NCBI RefSeq assembly: GCF_001194135.2
Contig: NC_068981.1
Coordinates: 179,016,919-179,055,350, forward strand
Source of the DNA: Octopus bimaculoides
Taxonomy: Eukaryota
Reading direction: 5' to 3'
Length of the DNA: 38,432 nucleotides
The notes beneath the pieces are model-generated. The model was not told the origin of the DNA and ran no database searches. It was given only the letters and a program-made list of their open reading frames with translations. Shown piece after piece: positions 1 through 11,988 of the stretch (its first letter is position 1; each line of letters opens with the position of its first letter). Position numbers and translations under genes: made by a program.

Positions 1-32
<32 letters not shown>

Positions 33-200
33 CATACACATATATATATGTATATATATATATACACACACAAATACATATATATATATATATACATACG
101 CATACATACATACTTGCATACATACATACATATATAAGCGTATGTTTTTATTTATGTATATATATCTATATCAGTCTATTTGTTTTTCTCTCTGTGTGGG

Positions 201-232
<32 letters not shown>

Positions 233-240
233 TGTATTAT
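1..240. repeat. (TA)n/(TACA)n/(TATG)n microsatellites
   Basis: Seen directly. Confidence 0.95.
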
Positions 241-248
241 TTTTTTAA

Positions 249-1296
249 AAGAATAGAATTGACAGCAGCTACGAAGTTTCGACCAGCTAAGCCATCATTG
301 GATTGTAATACAATTAAGTTTGCTCAACACAAAATAAATCTTGCATGAATCATCAAAGAGTTATCATATTTTCAAAAATGTTCCTAGAAAATTTTCTAAA
401 GTAAGTATGTACTTTTAGGGCAAGAAACACACACATACATATATGGAAGGAGGATAGAGGAATACCCTGGCTTAGAATTTCTCGCATATGCTTTATAATG
501 CCCACCTTTTGCATGTTAATAAGTACAAGTAACATATAACACATCTATGCTTGAATACGAATATAAGAAATATTTATAAGAGGTATAGTTCACAAACATT
601 ACCTCCTTATAAATTTGTCCACAAATATTACCTCCTCATAAATTCATGAATAGTAACCAAATATTTTCAGGAACAACGAACCCCTAGAGTAAAACAGGCA
701 GACCAACAACTTTTAAACCGCCTTATAAATTTGTCCACAAACATTATCTCCTTATAAATTTATAAATAGTAACCAAATATTTTCTAGAAGAACGAACCCC
801 TTGAGACCAACAACTTTTAAACCTACTCACATACTCTTGTGAACGTTAAAACATTTGACTAACAAATTTTCTATACCGATAATACTGTGACATGCATCAA
901 GGCGAAAATGCATCAATGATACCAAATCACCAACTAACTAAACCTTACCACATACTAACATTCTTTTGTGAACCCTTAAATACCAACCCTCTAAAAGCTG
1001 AGAAACCCAGTAAACACACCTACTTACAAAGGTTAAACTACTGGAATAATCTCTAAGATTTAACCTTCACATTCTCAAAACAAAAGGTAAATAGCCTATT
1101 AATATCTAAACGAAACCAACAACAACCAAACCAAATGACGGATCAGCTGACCTAACTGCATTCTTTTGTGACAGGTTACTCTAGAAAATTTTAACTTCAC
1201 AGAAAGTATATAAAGCTAATGTGAACTTAATTGTATTTCAGTCCGATCATGGTTTAGCTGGCCGAAACTTCGAAATTCACTGTCAATACTATTCTT
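249..1296. repeat. About 72-bp imperfect inverted repeats (249-320 and 1224-1296) enclosing a 116-bp-period tandem duplication
   Basis: Direct alignment of the arms. CCTTATAAATTTGTCCACAAA... starts at both 605 and 721. Confidence 0.8.
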
Positions 1297-1389
1297 GTTA
1301 AAGAAAAATAGATTTGTACACCACCAAATGTACAGAGTAATCCTTCAATTTAATGTAAAATTGTCTTTATTATACCATAAAAACAACCA

Positions 1390-1431
<42 letters not shown>

Positions 1432-2539
1432 TGTATGTATGAATATATATGCACGGATATATGAATATATGTGTGTGTGTGTGTGTATCTGTATGTATGT
1501 GTGTGTTTACTTTCTTCTTTTACTGATTTTACTGCTGACATGCTGGAACGCACCATTCATTGGTTTTTAGTCTGGTACTTACTTCATTATCCTTACTTGG
1601 GCCCCACTGAAATAAAGTTTTATTACTCTGCCTCTCTATCGCATGAAGAGGATACTGCTGTGAATAGATCTCTAGTTTACTACGAATGACAACCCCAATT
1701 TTTTTTTAAAAATCTACTTTTAGTAGAGTTATTAACTGAAAATGATCACTTTTGTCTCCTTGTTCTCATCCTTCTTCAGCAGCAGCTCCATCACTCTCCG
1801 ACTGACACAGTAAAAAGCTTTCATTTTGTTGCCAACTGTGTTAAGTGTAACAAATGACTAGCTTATATCCATTAAAAATAGCAAGGTGAACTTTTCAAAC
1901 CAGGCGGTTTACCTCTTTCACAACCACTCATTGATACCCATATCTCAACCACCTTCACTGGCTTTTTGCAATCGAATAATTCGCACTCATTCGGATCCGC
2001 CAAAGATCGAATTGCTATTTTGATTCCAATTTTCGCCTTTTCTGCCAAGCTTGTCGAGCGGTTTTTATTCCTCATGCTTTAGAGCCCGTACCTTATCCCT
2101 GATCAAGCATTCTCCATGTTTCACACCAAAGAAACATGCTATCATCATTTTGTTCGTTATCAAATCAGTCGTGCCGTTTTTCTGAATTGTCCCTTCCATT
2201 TTGTTGACTAGTTATTCCCTAATCTAGTGTCTTCAATTGATACTCCTTTGCTGAAATCTATTGATTCTATTCAAATTGTTCGTTTCAGAAAGGCCCACCA
2301 CCTCTTGTTGGTGATAGACTATCAACTCCCGCTTATAAGCTCGCAAATTCGATGTCTCTTATATAATACAAGGTTTATTAAGTAAATAACTTTGTTTCCG
2401 AGCTGATTCTAGATAACAACCAACTCTCAAAACCGACATGTTGGGAGGAGTACAAAGGGAAGATGTTACTTACTCTTCATGTCAAAAATCTAGGCAATCT
2501 GGTTATTGGTGTCCCTTACACGTCTGGTTAGTATCTCAT

Positions 2540-2865
2540 GTGAAGGCACATGGCCTAGTGGTTAGAGGTATTAGGCTCACGACCATAAGGTCGTGAGTTC
2601 AATTCCCGGCAACGCGTTGTGTCCTTGAGCAAGACACTTTATTTCACGTTGCTCCAGTTCACTCAGCTGGCAAAAATGAGTAGTATCTGTATTTCAAAGG
2701 GCCAACCTTGTCACATTCTGTGTAACGCTGAATCTCCCTGAGAACTATGTTAAGGGTACATGTGTCTGTTGAGTACTCAGCCACTTGCACGTTAATTTCA
2801 CGAGCAGGCTGTTCCGTTGAACAGATCAACTGGAACCCTCGTCGCCGTAACCGACGGAGTGCCAC
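2540..2865 (+). mobile_element. tRNA-derived CORE-type SINE, full length
   Basis: A box (TGGCCTAGTGG), B box (GAGTTCAATTCC), and CORE-like GTGTCCTTGAGCAAGACACTT...CTCCAG...AAAATGAG. Homologous copies at 7509-7846 and 29958-30330. Confidence 0.85.
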
Positions 2866-3312
2866 TTAGTATCGCATGAGTAGCAGTGTTTTTTAAAAGA
2901 CTCTACGTCCTCGGAGAAACTTTTCAGTTGTTTTCTTTTGACTTCTAGCTTGGTGCTCACCAGATGTTTCTCTCCTGCCAGCCTTGAAGGGAATTGGTTA
3001 ATACCTTTGTCCTTGTTTGTATGTTTTTTTTTTATTCTAAATATTCCATTAAATATAATTATCAAGGCTGCTCTATTGAAAGTGGGAAGCTGTTTTTATG
3101 TTAAATTACTTTGTCTTGAGGGTCTTTCGTTGTATTGAATATGTGTTGTATGTGTTGCTGGTGATAACGTTGTGTTTCGATGCGCGTTTTGTCTTATAGC
3201 ATGACGAAATGATCTTGTAGTAAATACTTGAGACATAAAATATGTAGCGTTTGATTTGTGCTACTGAAACTATGTTGCATGGGGATAACCTAGTTGGTCT
3301 ATTTTTCAAATG

Positions 3313-3524
3313 TATGAGGGGATGCTGGAAAAATTCCTGGCTTTGGATGAAAAAAAAAATACAATAAGATCAGCAAATTACAATTTTATTCAATGTATTC
3401 CTCTCTGTTTCACACGCTTATTACAGCGCTCCTTCAGTTTTTCTAAGCCCTGTAAAAGAACTCGAAAGGTTGGGCTCCAACCAGACCTTTTGCGATACCC
3501 TTAAAGCCAGGAACCCGTCGTGTA
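3313..3524. mobile_element. Degenerate mariner-derived MITE
   Basis: Left end TATGAGGGGATGCTGGAAAAATTCCTGGCTTT and right end AAAGCCAGGAACC...GTA are partly complementary and resemble mariner TIRs. Confidence 0.5.
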
Positions 3525-4289
3525 TAGAATCATATAAAGTTGTAATCCTTGGTATGTATTGTTCGTGTTCTTTATCATACCCAGTGCACAAATTATTAAT
3601 GGTACCATTAACCCACAAATTTGCATATTTTTATTCCGAGATGTTTGTACTGTCCAACATCATTTCGTATGATGTTTTGATGGGAAGAGATGGGGTGTCT
3701 ATCACAGAACGTAGATTTTTACTTCTGTTTGTATGAAGGGATTTTATCTCACATTTTCCTTTTGTTCCATTATAAGTTTTTAGTCTTTTCTGTTGTTTCG
3801 ATTTCTTTTCTTTCTTCTTTCTTGTGTATTTAACTTCTATAGGTACTGGGTAGCGATTTTTTTCACTACTTCAGGGAGTGACAACCCTGCCTGACTCGAG
3901 TCCCGGGCTCAGCTGGATCCGGGTGCAGTACCCGGTATGGGCCTCAAACCAGGGTTACGGAAAAGAGACAACCTTCAAAGAAATCCGGAGTAGGCGGTTT
4001 AGTTTTCGACTCGACACTCTTCCGGCAGCTCCTGCAACCAGGATGGTGCCAAACGTAATGCTCTGCACTCCTTTGGACTCCGTCAGCAAGGTCGAGAGAG
4101 AGTCCTGGTGATTGGGCTACCCAGGATTTTCTTACATCTAGCCCAGGCCTGCGCAAAACTGGAGAGGACATGAAATGTAAAAACCAGACTGGATTAGTTT
4201 ATGTGCAACACCATTGTCTCCCGAGACAAAAGGATGCCAACAATTTAACTTCTAGATTCTTTTGTATCATTTTCTTATATTTTTCTTTT

Positions 4290-4445
4290 ATTCTTTTACT
4301 TGTTTCAGTCATTTCACTGTGGCCATGCTGGAGCACCGCCTTCAAGGGTTTTAGTCGAGCAAATCCACCACAGAACTTATTTCTTAAGCCTAATACTTAT
4401 TCTATCGGTCATTTTTTTTGCCGAATCGCTAAGTTACGGGGACAT

Positions 4446-4476
<31 letters not shown>

Positions 4477-4625
4477 GACGGTTTCCGTCTACCAAATCCA
4501 CTCACAAGGCTTTGATCGTCCCGAGGCTACAGTAGAAGACACTTGCCCAAGATGCCACGCAGTGGACTGAACCCGGAACCATCTGGCTGGGAAGCAAGCT
4601 TCTTACCACACTGCCACGCTTGCGT
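4290..4625 (-). mobile_element. tRNA-derived SINE with an internal microsatellite
   Basis: Head GCGTGGCAGTGTGGTAAGAAGC...GGTTCAGTCC, internal (TG)n at 4447-4476, tail ...GACTGAAACAAGTAAAAGA. Homologs at 37215-37545 (-), 27005-27170 (+, head), 33250-33397 (+, head), 18745-18830 (-, tail) and 32200-32340 (+, tail). Confidence 0.8.
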
Positions 4626-5139
4626 CTATAGAAAGAAACATTATTAATTTTATATGTTTTTATTGCTGTTTGTATAAAACCACTTTATCCCCTGTTGACG
4701 AGGTACGTTTAACCCGTCTATATTGGTTTTTATGATGAGTGGACACAATATGGACGACGAGAAGAGAACTGCGTGAGTTGTATGTACCTGAGTTGAGGTG
4801 TCACGAGAGCAAACATCCTTAAGGAGCAGAAGCTGCTGTAGTAAGGTCAGAAAGAACAAAAAGGAGAAAGTAGACAATCCAATGGATTGTTTTGTGAACC
4901 TTGGATGATAATCGAAAAACAAATCTCTTGTAGGAATCGAACTCACAACACAAAAGGACGTGACTAAAGAACGCAAAGCAATTTGTCCAACACTTTACCG
5001 ATTCAGCCAACATCCCTCTAGCAATTAGATTTAATAAAACCCTCTTACTCATTAATCTTCATTATCTTATATTTTTAATTCTTTCACTTTCTCCCTCCAT
5101 TTTTCTTTCCTCTCTCTCTTGGTTTCCCATTCTCTCTCC

Positions 5140-5275
5140 CTGCCTGTCTGCCTGTCTGCCTGTCTGCCTGTCTGTCTGTCTGTCTGTCTGTCTCTGTCTG
5201 TCTGTCTGTCTTTCTGTCTGTCTGTCTCTATTTGTCTCTGTCTGTCTGTCTTTCTGTCTGTCTGTCTCTGTTTCG

Positions 5276-5307
<32 letters not shown>

Positions 5308-5372
5308 GCCTGTCTGTCTGTCTGTCTCTGTCTGTCTGTCTGTCTGTCTGTCTCTATTTGTCTATCTGTCTA

Positions 5373-5406
<34 letters not shown>

Positions 5407-5460
5407 AGTCTGTCTCTGTCTCTCTCTCTCTCCTCCTCCTCCTCCTCCTCCTCCTCCTAC
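5140..5460. repeat. (CTGT)n, (CT)n and (CCT)n compound microsatellite
   Basis: Seen directly. Confidence 0.95.
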
Positions 5461-6097
5461 TCATGCCTTGCCTTTCTGCACTCTTTCTCCTCCTCCATAA
5501 TACTTCACATATTGCAACTTACCTCCCCCCCTTTCTACCCACTTTCCTTTCTTCCCCAATTCTCATACCCTTTTTTCATTCTCTTGTACTTCCTTCCTAT
5601 CCTACAACTAAAAACTAAACGTAGTTTAGTTTTATCTTTCCTCACCCCTACACTCCTACCATACTACATTATTTATTAGCTTCTTCTTTACTCCCACCTG
5701 TTCACTATTCATTCCTCCTACTACACCCCTTCTAGTATAGCCTTCTGTTCATCCTTTCTTACCTATCCTTCAACTTCATCATTCTCTTCTCTCATTATCT
5801 CCTCTGCCTTTCACCACGCCCCCTTTTGCAATTTCTCTTTCTTTCTACATTCCGGCACGCCCCTTCTTTTTTTTTTTTGACATTTCTCCTCCCCTTCTTT
5901 CACGACGCGCTTTTCCTCACTTTGTCATTACCATCTCCTCCTACCACATCCTTCTGGCTATTCTCCTACTACCTCCTCCCCCTCGTTATTCCTCTTCCAA
6001 TAAACTTATCCATTTTCCAAAACCTATCTTTTGACTTCTCAAGGAAAACTCCCACCACACTTTTCCACCTTTCTTACACGACGACAACGATGAACAC

Positions 6098-6285
6098 CAC
6101 CACCGCCTCCGCCTCCGCCGCCGCCTCCGCCGCCGCCTTCGCCGCTACNNNNNNNNNNNNNNNNNNNNNNNNNNNNNNNNNNNNNNNNNNNNNNNNNNNN
6201 NNNNNNNNNNNNNNNNNNNNNNNNNNNNNNNNNNNNNNNNNNNNNNNNNNNCACCACAACCACCGCCACCACCACCATCACCACT

Positions 6286-6318
<33 letters not shown>
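6098..6318. repeat. (CCG)n, (CCA)n and (CTA)n trinucleotide tracts around N gap 6149-6251
   Basis: Seen directly. Confidence 0.9.
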
Positions 6319-7508
6319 GCTTTACTCTTACGTTCGTTTTTACTCCCTTTTTTCTCCTCCCATCACATTCTTCTGCACATTCTTTACCCCCTCCTCCCCT
6401 TCCACTATCTTCCGCTCATGAACGTTCGTCCCTTCCCTCTCCCTTCTCTCTCTCTCTCTCTCTCTCTCTTAATAACTTATTTTGCATATTTCCCTTCCTT
6501 ACCTCATCAATGGCTGTGGGGGGAGGCGCCCTACGTGGTCGTACAACATGTCAGAAATAGCTGCCAGGACCTTCTTCAATTGTATCCCTACAATCTTTAA
6601 TAACAAAAGAATACTCCAGTTTAAGCAGTCTTACACACATTCCTAAATAGACGGGGGTAGTCACGGCTAGATCACTACTGCCATGGATCACAGGCCAGGT
6701 CAGTTCGATCAGGCCGAACAACAATGACGACGATAAAAGCAGCAGTTGCCATAACAACGACAATAACAACTACAACTTTAACTTCGGCCATCTCTTCTGA
6801 CCCCTTAACACCCATTTCTTTTATTGCTTCTCTCAGAACTCATCCGTCAATATTTTAAAAATAATTTATTTTATGAATAAATAACCCTTTCTACTATAGG
6901 CACAAGGCCTGAAATTTTGGGGGAGAGGATAAGGCGGTTACATAGACCCCAGTGCATAACTGGTACTTATTTCATCGACTTCGAAAGGATGAAAGGCAAG
7001 GAATTTGAACTCAGAACGCAGTGACGGGCGGAATAGCGCTGTCGATGTTATCCACAGGAAAGGCAAAGGCCGATACAGTTTGACACCAGTGACATTGTAA
7101 CTCATTTCTACAGCTGAGTGAATTGGAGAAACGTAGATCGCAACACATACCCCGGTCCGACAATCGAACCCACTACCTCATGATTGTGAGCTCGACGCTT
7201 TAACTACTGAGCCATGCGTGACATAGTAAAGTGTAATTTGAGGGATATTTGGCTGCGTTATCCAGCAGATATGTTCTTTGCACTGCGGGTATCTCGTCGG
7301 CTCCTGCTGGAGTGTATTACAACGATAGACAACCTTTTTCAGAAACAAACCCTCACATGTCATTAGAAAACAGTCATGAGTCACGAAATCTAAATTTAAT
7401 TTTAGTCGCATTATGCAACATTATAAATTATAAATTATAAATTAATTGTAGTACAAGTAGAAAGATATATGTTTTTTTTCAACGCGTACATACTAATAGA
7501 ACAGTGTG

Positions 7509-7846
7509 TTGGCACTCCGTCGCTTACGACGTCGAGGGTTCCAGTTGATCCGATCAACGGAACAGCCTGCTCGTGAAATTAACGTGCAAGTGGCTGAGCA
7601 CTCCACAGACACGTGTATCCCTAACGTAGTCCTCGGGGATATTCAGCGTGACACAGTGTGACAAGACTGGCCCTTTGAAATACAGGTACAACAGACAAAG
7701 GAAGTAAGAGTGAGAGGAAGTTGTGGTGGAAGAGTACAGCAGGGTTTTCGCTCAACAAACACTCACAACGCCCGGTCTGGGAATCGAAACTGCGATCCTA
7801 TGACCGCGAGTCCGCTGCCCTAACCACTGGGCCATTGCGCCTCCAC
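7509..7846 (-). mobile_element. CORE-type SINE, full length
   Basis: Reverse-complement homolog of 2540-2865. Confidence 0.85.
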
Positions 7847-7848
7847 GT

Positions 7849-7967
7849 TGATAGAGCAGTATACATGGGATAATATCCCTTACAGAGCAGAAAAATATGT
7901 CAGCAACCAGCCCTGACAGATTTTTCTGCTCTGTAAGGGATAGTATCCCATGTATACTGTTCTATCA
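7849..7967. repeat. Foldback hairpin: 55-bp arms, 9-nt loop
   Basis: Arms 7849-7903 and 7913-7967 are reverse complements with 3 differences, one of them a G-U wobble. Confidence 0.95.
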
Positions 7968-8949
7968 GTATTTACGTGTTGAAAAAAAATATATCTTTCT
8001 ACTTGTACTACAATAAATTTGAGCGCTTCAAAAACAAACTTAAGTTTGTTTACATATGATATAAATTAATTGTATAATTCATCCACTTACTCCTAGCATT
8101 TCTGTGATTGAGGTACCTGATTTTTCCTTTACTTTTTACTAATATTTTCCAACTCCGTCGGTCTTAGGCCTTCTTTATGCATTCAAGCAGTCTGGGGTAT
8201 AATGAAATACTCGAACAATTTTTATTCAAGTGTTTTCCTGAGCTTGATAATATTCTATTCATGGAGACTATCTTCGCTACAGACTATTGGAGCTGTTGAC
8301 TTTCAAGGAACCTATCGATCATTGTGAGGAAGAGAGGTAGATAGGAATTACCGAGGTCAATTTGGATGCAAGCTAGTAAACGATTGTTTGGAATGAATGG
8401 ACAAAAGCACTTTCTGGAGGCTCTGGGCAGAATACTGCATGACTCGTGTGACAATCGATAACAAATGAGAATAGTGGCTTCCATGACATCTGAAATAAGC
8501 TTCTTAACCATTAGCTTTGTTTCACTGCATAACCAATCTTGATTTAAATTATTAAGCAGCATTATTGGAGATCTTTCTTTTTAGCTTATGTCTGTGTGAT
8601 GGCAGATTTAGAAGCTTCCATGAATTTTTATATTCTTCTGTAAGTTCTTTTTCCTAATTCTAAACATCATAAATTGATTTATATTTGTGACAATTTCCTG
8701 CTGATCGTAAAAATTTTGGGCAAAAATATAGCTCTTTTGCATTACCATTTGTATGTTAGGAAATTATGTTATACATTAAGAGAAAAACAAAACAAACGCT
8801 CATAACAATTCGTCAGCTGTCAATGGTGCCATTACTGTCGAAAGGAAATCTTCCCTCTCCAAATTCTAACTATTTTGTCTTTTTTTTTTTTGATAAAGTG
8901 ATCTGACAGCCCGATCTCCAAAAAGATGGGACGTCGTTTTTGTAGAGAG

Positions 8950-10890
8950 TTTAAAGACTTTCACGCTGGTCTAAGTAGATGAATATTTAAAGCAAGTACA
9001 GATTTCAACAGCTTTTGCTCCTTTTGGAATCAGTGGTAGGGTCTCTCAGAAGTTACTTGACAACATTTCTCGTCTGAAATCTATTGTCATACATGTCTTG
9101 CTATTTCTTGACCAAGGTTCCAAGAGCGCGTTTGAGTGTCATTGCTTAGTCATCCCAGGCAAGCATTTGGAACCTCCTGTCTGGATCTCAAACTCGTTAG
9201 TAGGTGCGGAATGTACCATATGTCCGTCAGGAAGAGGTGACAATTACAATAGCTATACCGTTATGCTGGTCTTTGACAAGCAATATACTGATGAAAGGTG
9301 TGTTTCCAGTTCCTATATGAACATCAAGAAAGAAAATTCCAATTTCTCGATGCCAAACCTTATCAAAAATTATAACCTTGAATCCACACTTACTGCCCTC
9401 TTGTTTAATGTATGTTTAGATCCAAGTCTATTGGTATATGATACCAATGTATCTGCATTGTGCTATGTCACTTTCAAAACTTATTTTGGTAGCATATTGA
9501 CTTCAGTGTAGTAAGGTTGGAAGGCTGTATTTTTGAAGTTCTTGACCATTTATATCCTTGCGTTTGTACTCACTTTTCGTGAGGGTTGCATTGTAGCATT
9601 CATCTTTGTATTCTATTTCCATGCCAAGGTAAATCTGTTCTTATCTTTGATGCCTGAAATATTCAGCAATATCATCGCAGTACTTGATCCAAAATTGAAG
9701 TGAATTAGATGGTTCAAAGCATGTATACCAGTAGATGGCGCAAATGTTATTGACATTTAGAAGATGTTGAAATGAACTGGGACTTCGTACTTCATCGAAA
9801 AGAAGCCGTACTAGAAATCATTCATGTTGAATAGTATACAGTACACACTCTTTGAGTGGTACTCAGAACTTATGTCAAGCTGATCTTCAACAGCAACACT
9901 TTGCTTTACTCATATGTATGGCATTTTCAATGCATAACAGGACGGAACCTAATGATGCAGTAATATTTTTGTGAGGGTGTTATTCTGGCACAGTTTGAAA
10001 AACGTTTTATGTGTTGTTTTCCTCGGATCTTGTAACAGCTCTGCAGTAGTGGTTAGGGTGAAATGAACCCTTCGAACATTTTCCAAGTGGACAAGTTGTT
10101 GAATGCTTGGTTATTTTTCATGAAAGCTACAGAAAGCTTTGTTGTTACTGATATATATTGTCCGACGAACTAGGTAACTTCATCACGACTGTTTTGCCTT
10201 GTCAGAGCAAATAGTACGGTATCAGATGCCTTGTTAAAATATTTGCAAACAATTCATGGACTTTATTCAATTACTAAACTCCCCGTTAATGCGTACATTA
10301 AATCTCTTCATTAAGAGTACGCAGTAAGGAGCTATTGATGTTTTGTCAATTTCGTGATACCCAAACAAAGTTTGAAGTAGTTTTGTATATGTGAGCTTGC
10401 AATGTAAAATTCGAGTGCAAGAAGATATGGCAATATAAATGAAAAGAAGAGCGAAAGAAAAGGGAAACTGAGAGAATACGAGATAGGAAGGTAGAGGGTG
10501 GGAGAGGTAGAAAGATATGATCCATGCAAAACGTTTCATGTATGCACTGGCGTCTAAAATCTCCTTGATTCTTTTCCTATGTAAGGAGTAACAACCTTTG
10601 TATGTTTGCGTATCCTTCACATAAGATACTGGAAACTGTTTGATACATTTTTTTGTCTTCCATACGAAGTGAATGAATTCTTGCTGCGGGCAATACAAGG
10701 AACGTTAGCCATTTGGGTCTTAAGGAACGCAGACATACTGAAATCACGTGATCTAGCAATTCCACTGACAATGCTGGACATAATTTGCTCAGTGATGATA
10801 TCTTGTGCTTTTTAGCACTATTACGTCTATGTGAGATGCTTTCTCAGGATGAATGCCCCAGTTTTAAGGCCTTCTTAAAGTATATCCACG
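8950..10890 (-). mobile_element. Highly degraded non-LTR retrotransposon RT region (R4/Dong-like)
   Basis: Fragmentary minus-strand motifs in the expected order: QGKTV, KYCDDI (YxDD-like), GMEI, RYIGI. There are many stops and frameshifts. Confidence 0.45.
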
Positions 10891-10937
10891 TTAAGATTGT
10901 TTTCCGCTACGAAAACTGTTGCCGTCGCTAATAACTA

Positions 10938-11582
10938 ATACATACATACATACATACATACATACATACATACATGTATGCATACATACATACACATACG
11001 TGCATACATACATACATACATACATACATACATACATACATACATACATGCATGCATACATACATACATATATACATNNNNNNNNNNCATACATACATAC
11101 ATACATGCATGCATACATACATATATACATACATACATACATGTATGCATACATACATACATACATACACATACATGCATACATGCATACATGCATACAT
11201 ACATACATACATACATGCATACATACATACACACACATACATACGTATATACACACATACATACATACAGACATACATACATACATGCATGCATACATAC
11301 ATACATGCATACATACATACATACATACATACACACATACATATATACATACATGCATGCATACATACATACATACATACATGCATTCATACATACATAC
11401 ATATATGCATGCATACATACATACATACACACATACACACACACATACATACATACATACATACATACGTGTGTTTGCGTGAGTGTATGTATGTATATAT
11501 GTGTGTGTGTGTGTGAGTGTGTATACGTACATATACATACAAATGTTTGTGTGCCTGTATGTGTGTGTGTGTGTGTGTGCGC
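10938..11582. repeat. (TACA)n/(TG)n microsatellite array
   Basis: Seen directly; source of the HTYI/MYVC ORFs. Confidence 0.97.
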
Positions 11583-11949
11583 GCTTAGAAATTAATTTTA
11601 TAGAGTGCTTATTAAAATACATGACAACCTACCATTGAATTAGAACGCCGTATGATTCATGAGATTTAAAATCAGACTCTTGGGAAGAAATTTCGTGTCA
11701 TTACTCATATAATTTCATGTACAGGCCTCTTGGCTCTAGTGGTCATTGAGTACTCCTGATGAACTGACCCGTATAAAAGATTATGTAATATAATCATTGT
11801 GTAGTTTTCACTGAAACAAATGTAAAGATGTTATAAATATTTTCACCCCATGTTTTCCTGACTGGCACTATGCCCGCGTGTGCGTATGTATGTACGTAAT
11901 ACATACATACATACACACACACACACATATATAGACACATACATGCATA

Positions 11950-11988
<39 letters not shown>

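Noticed and set aside
1750-2450. Possible degraded TE coding sequence on the minus strand
   Set aside because: No diagnostic motif could be read, so no family can be supported.
2540-2615. tRNA-like sequence with A and B boxes (also in other SINE heads and at ~38265-38312)
   Set aside because: These continue into SINE bodies or lack a complete cloverleaf and acceptor stem, so they are not called tRNA genes.
10891-11622. Multiple HTYI/MYVC-repeat ORFs (similar ones at 5119-5679, 13354-14367, 25162-25791 and 33214-34149)
   Set aside because: Microsatellite and N-gap artefacts with no coding complexity.
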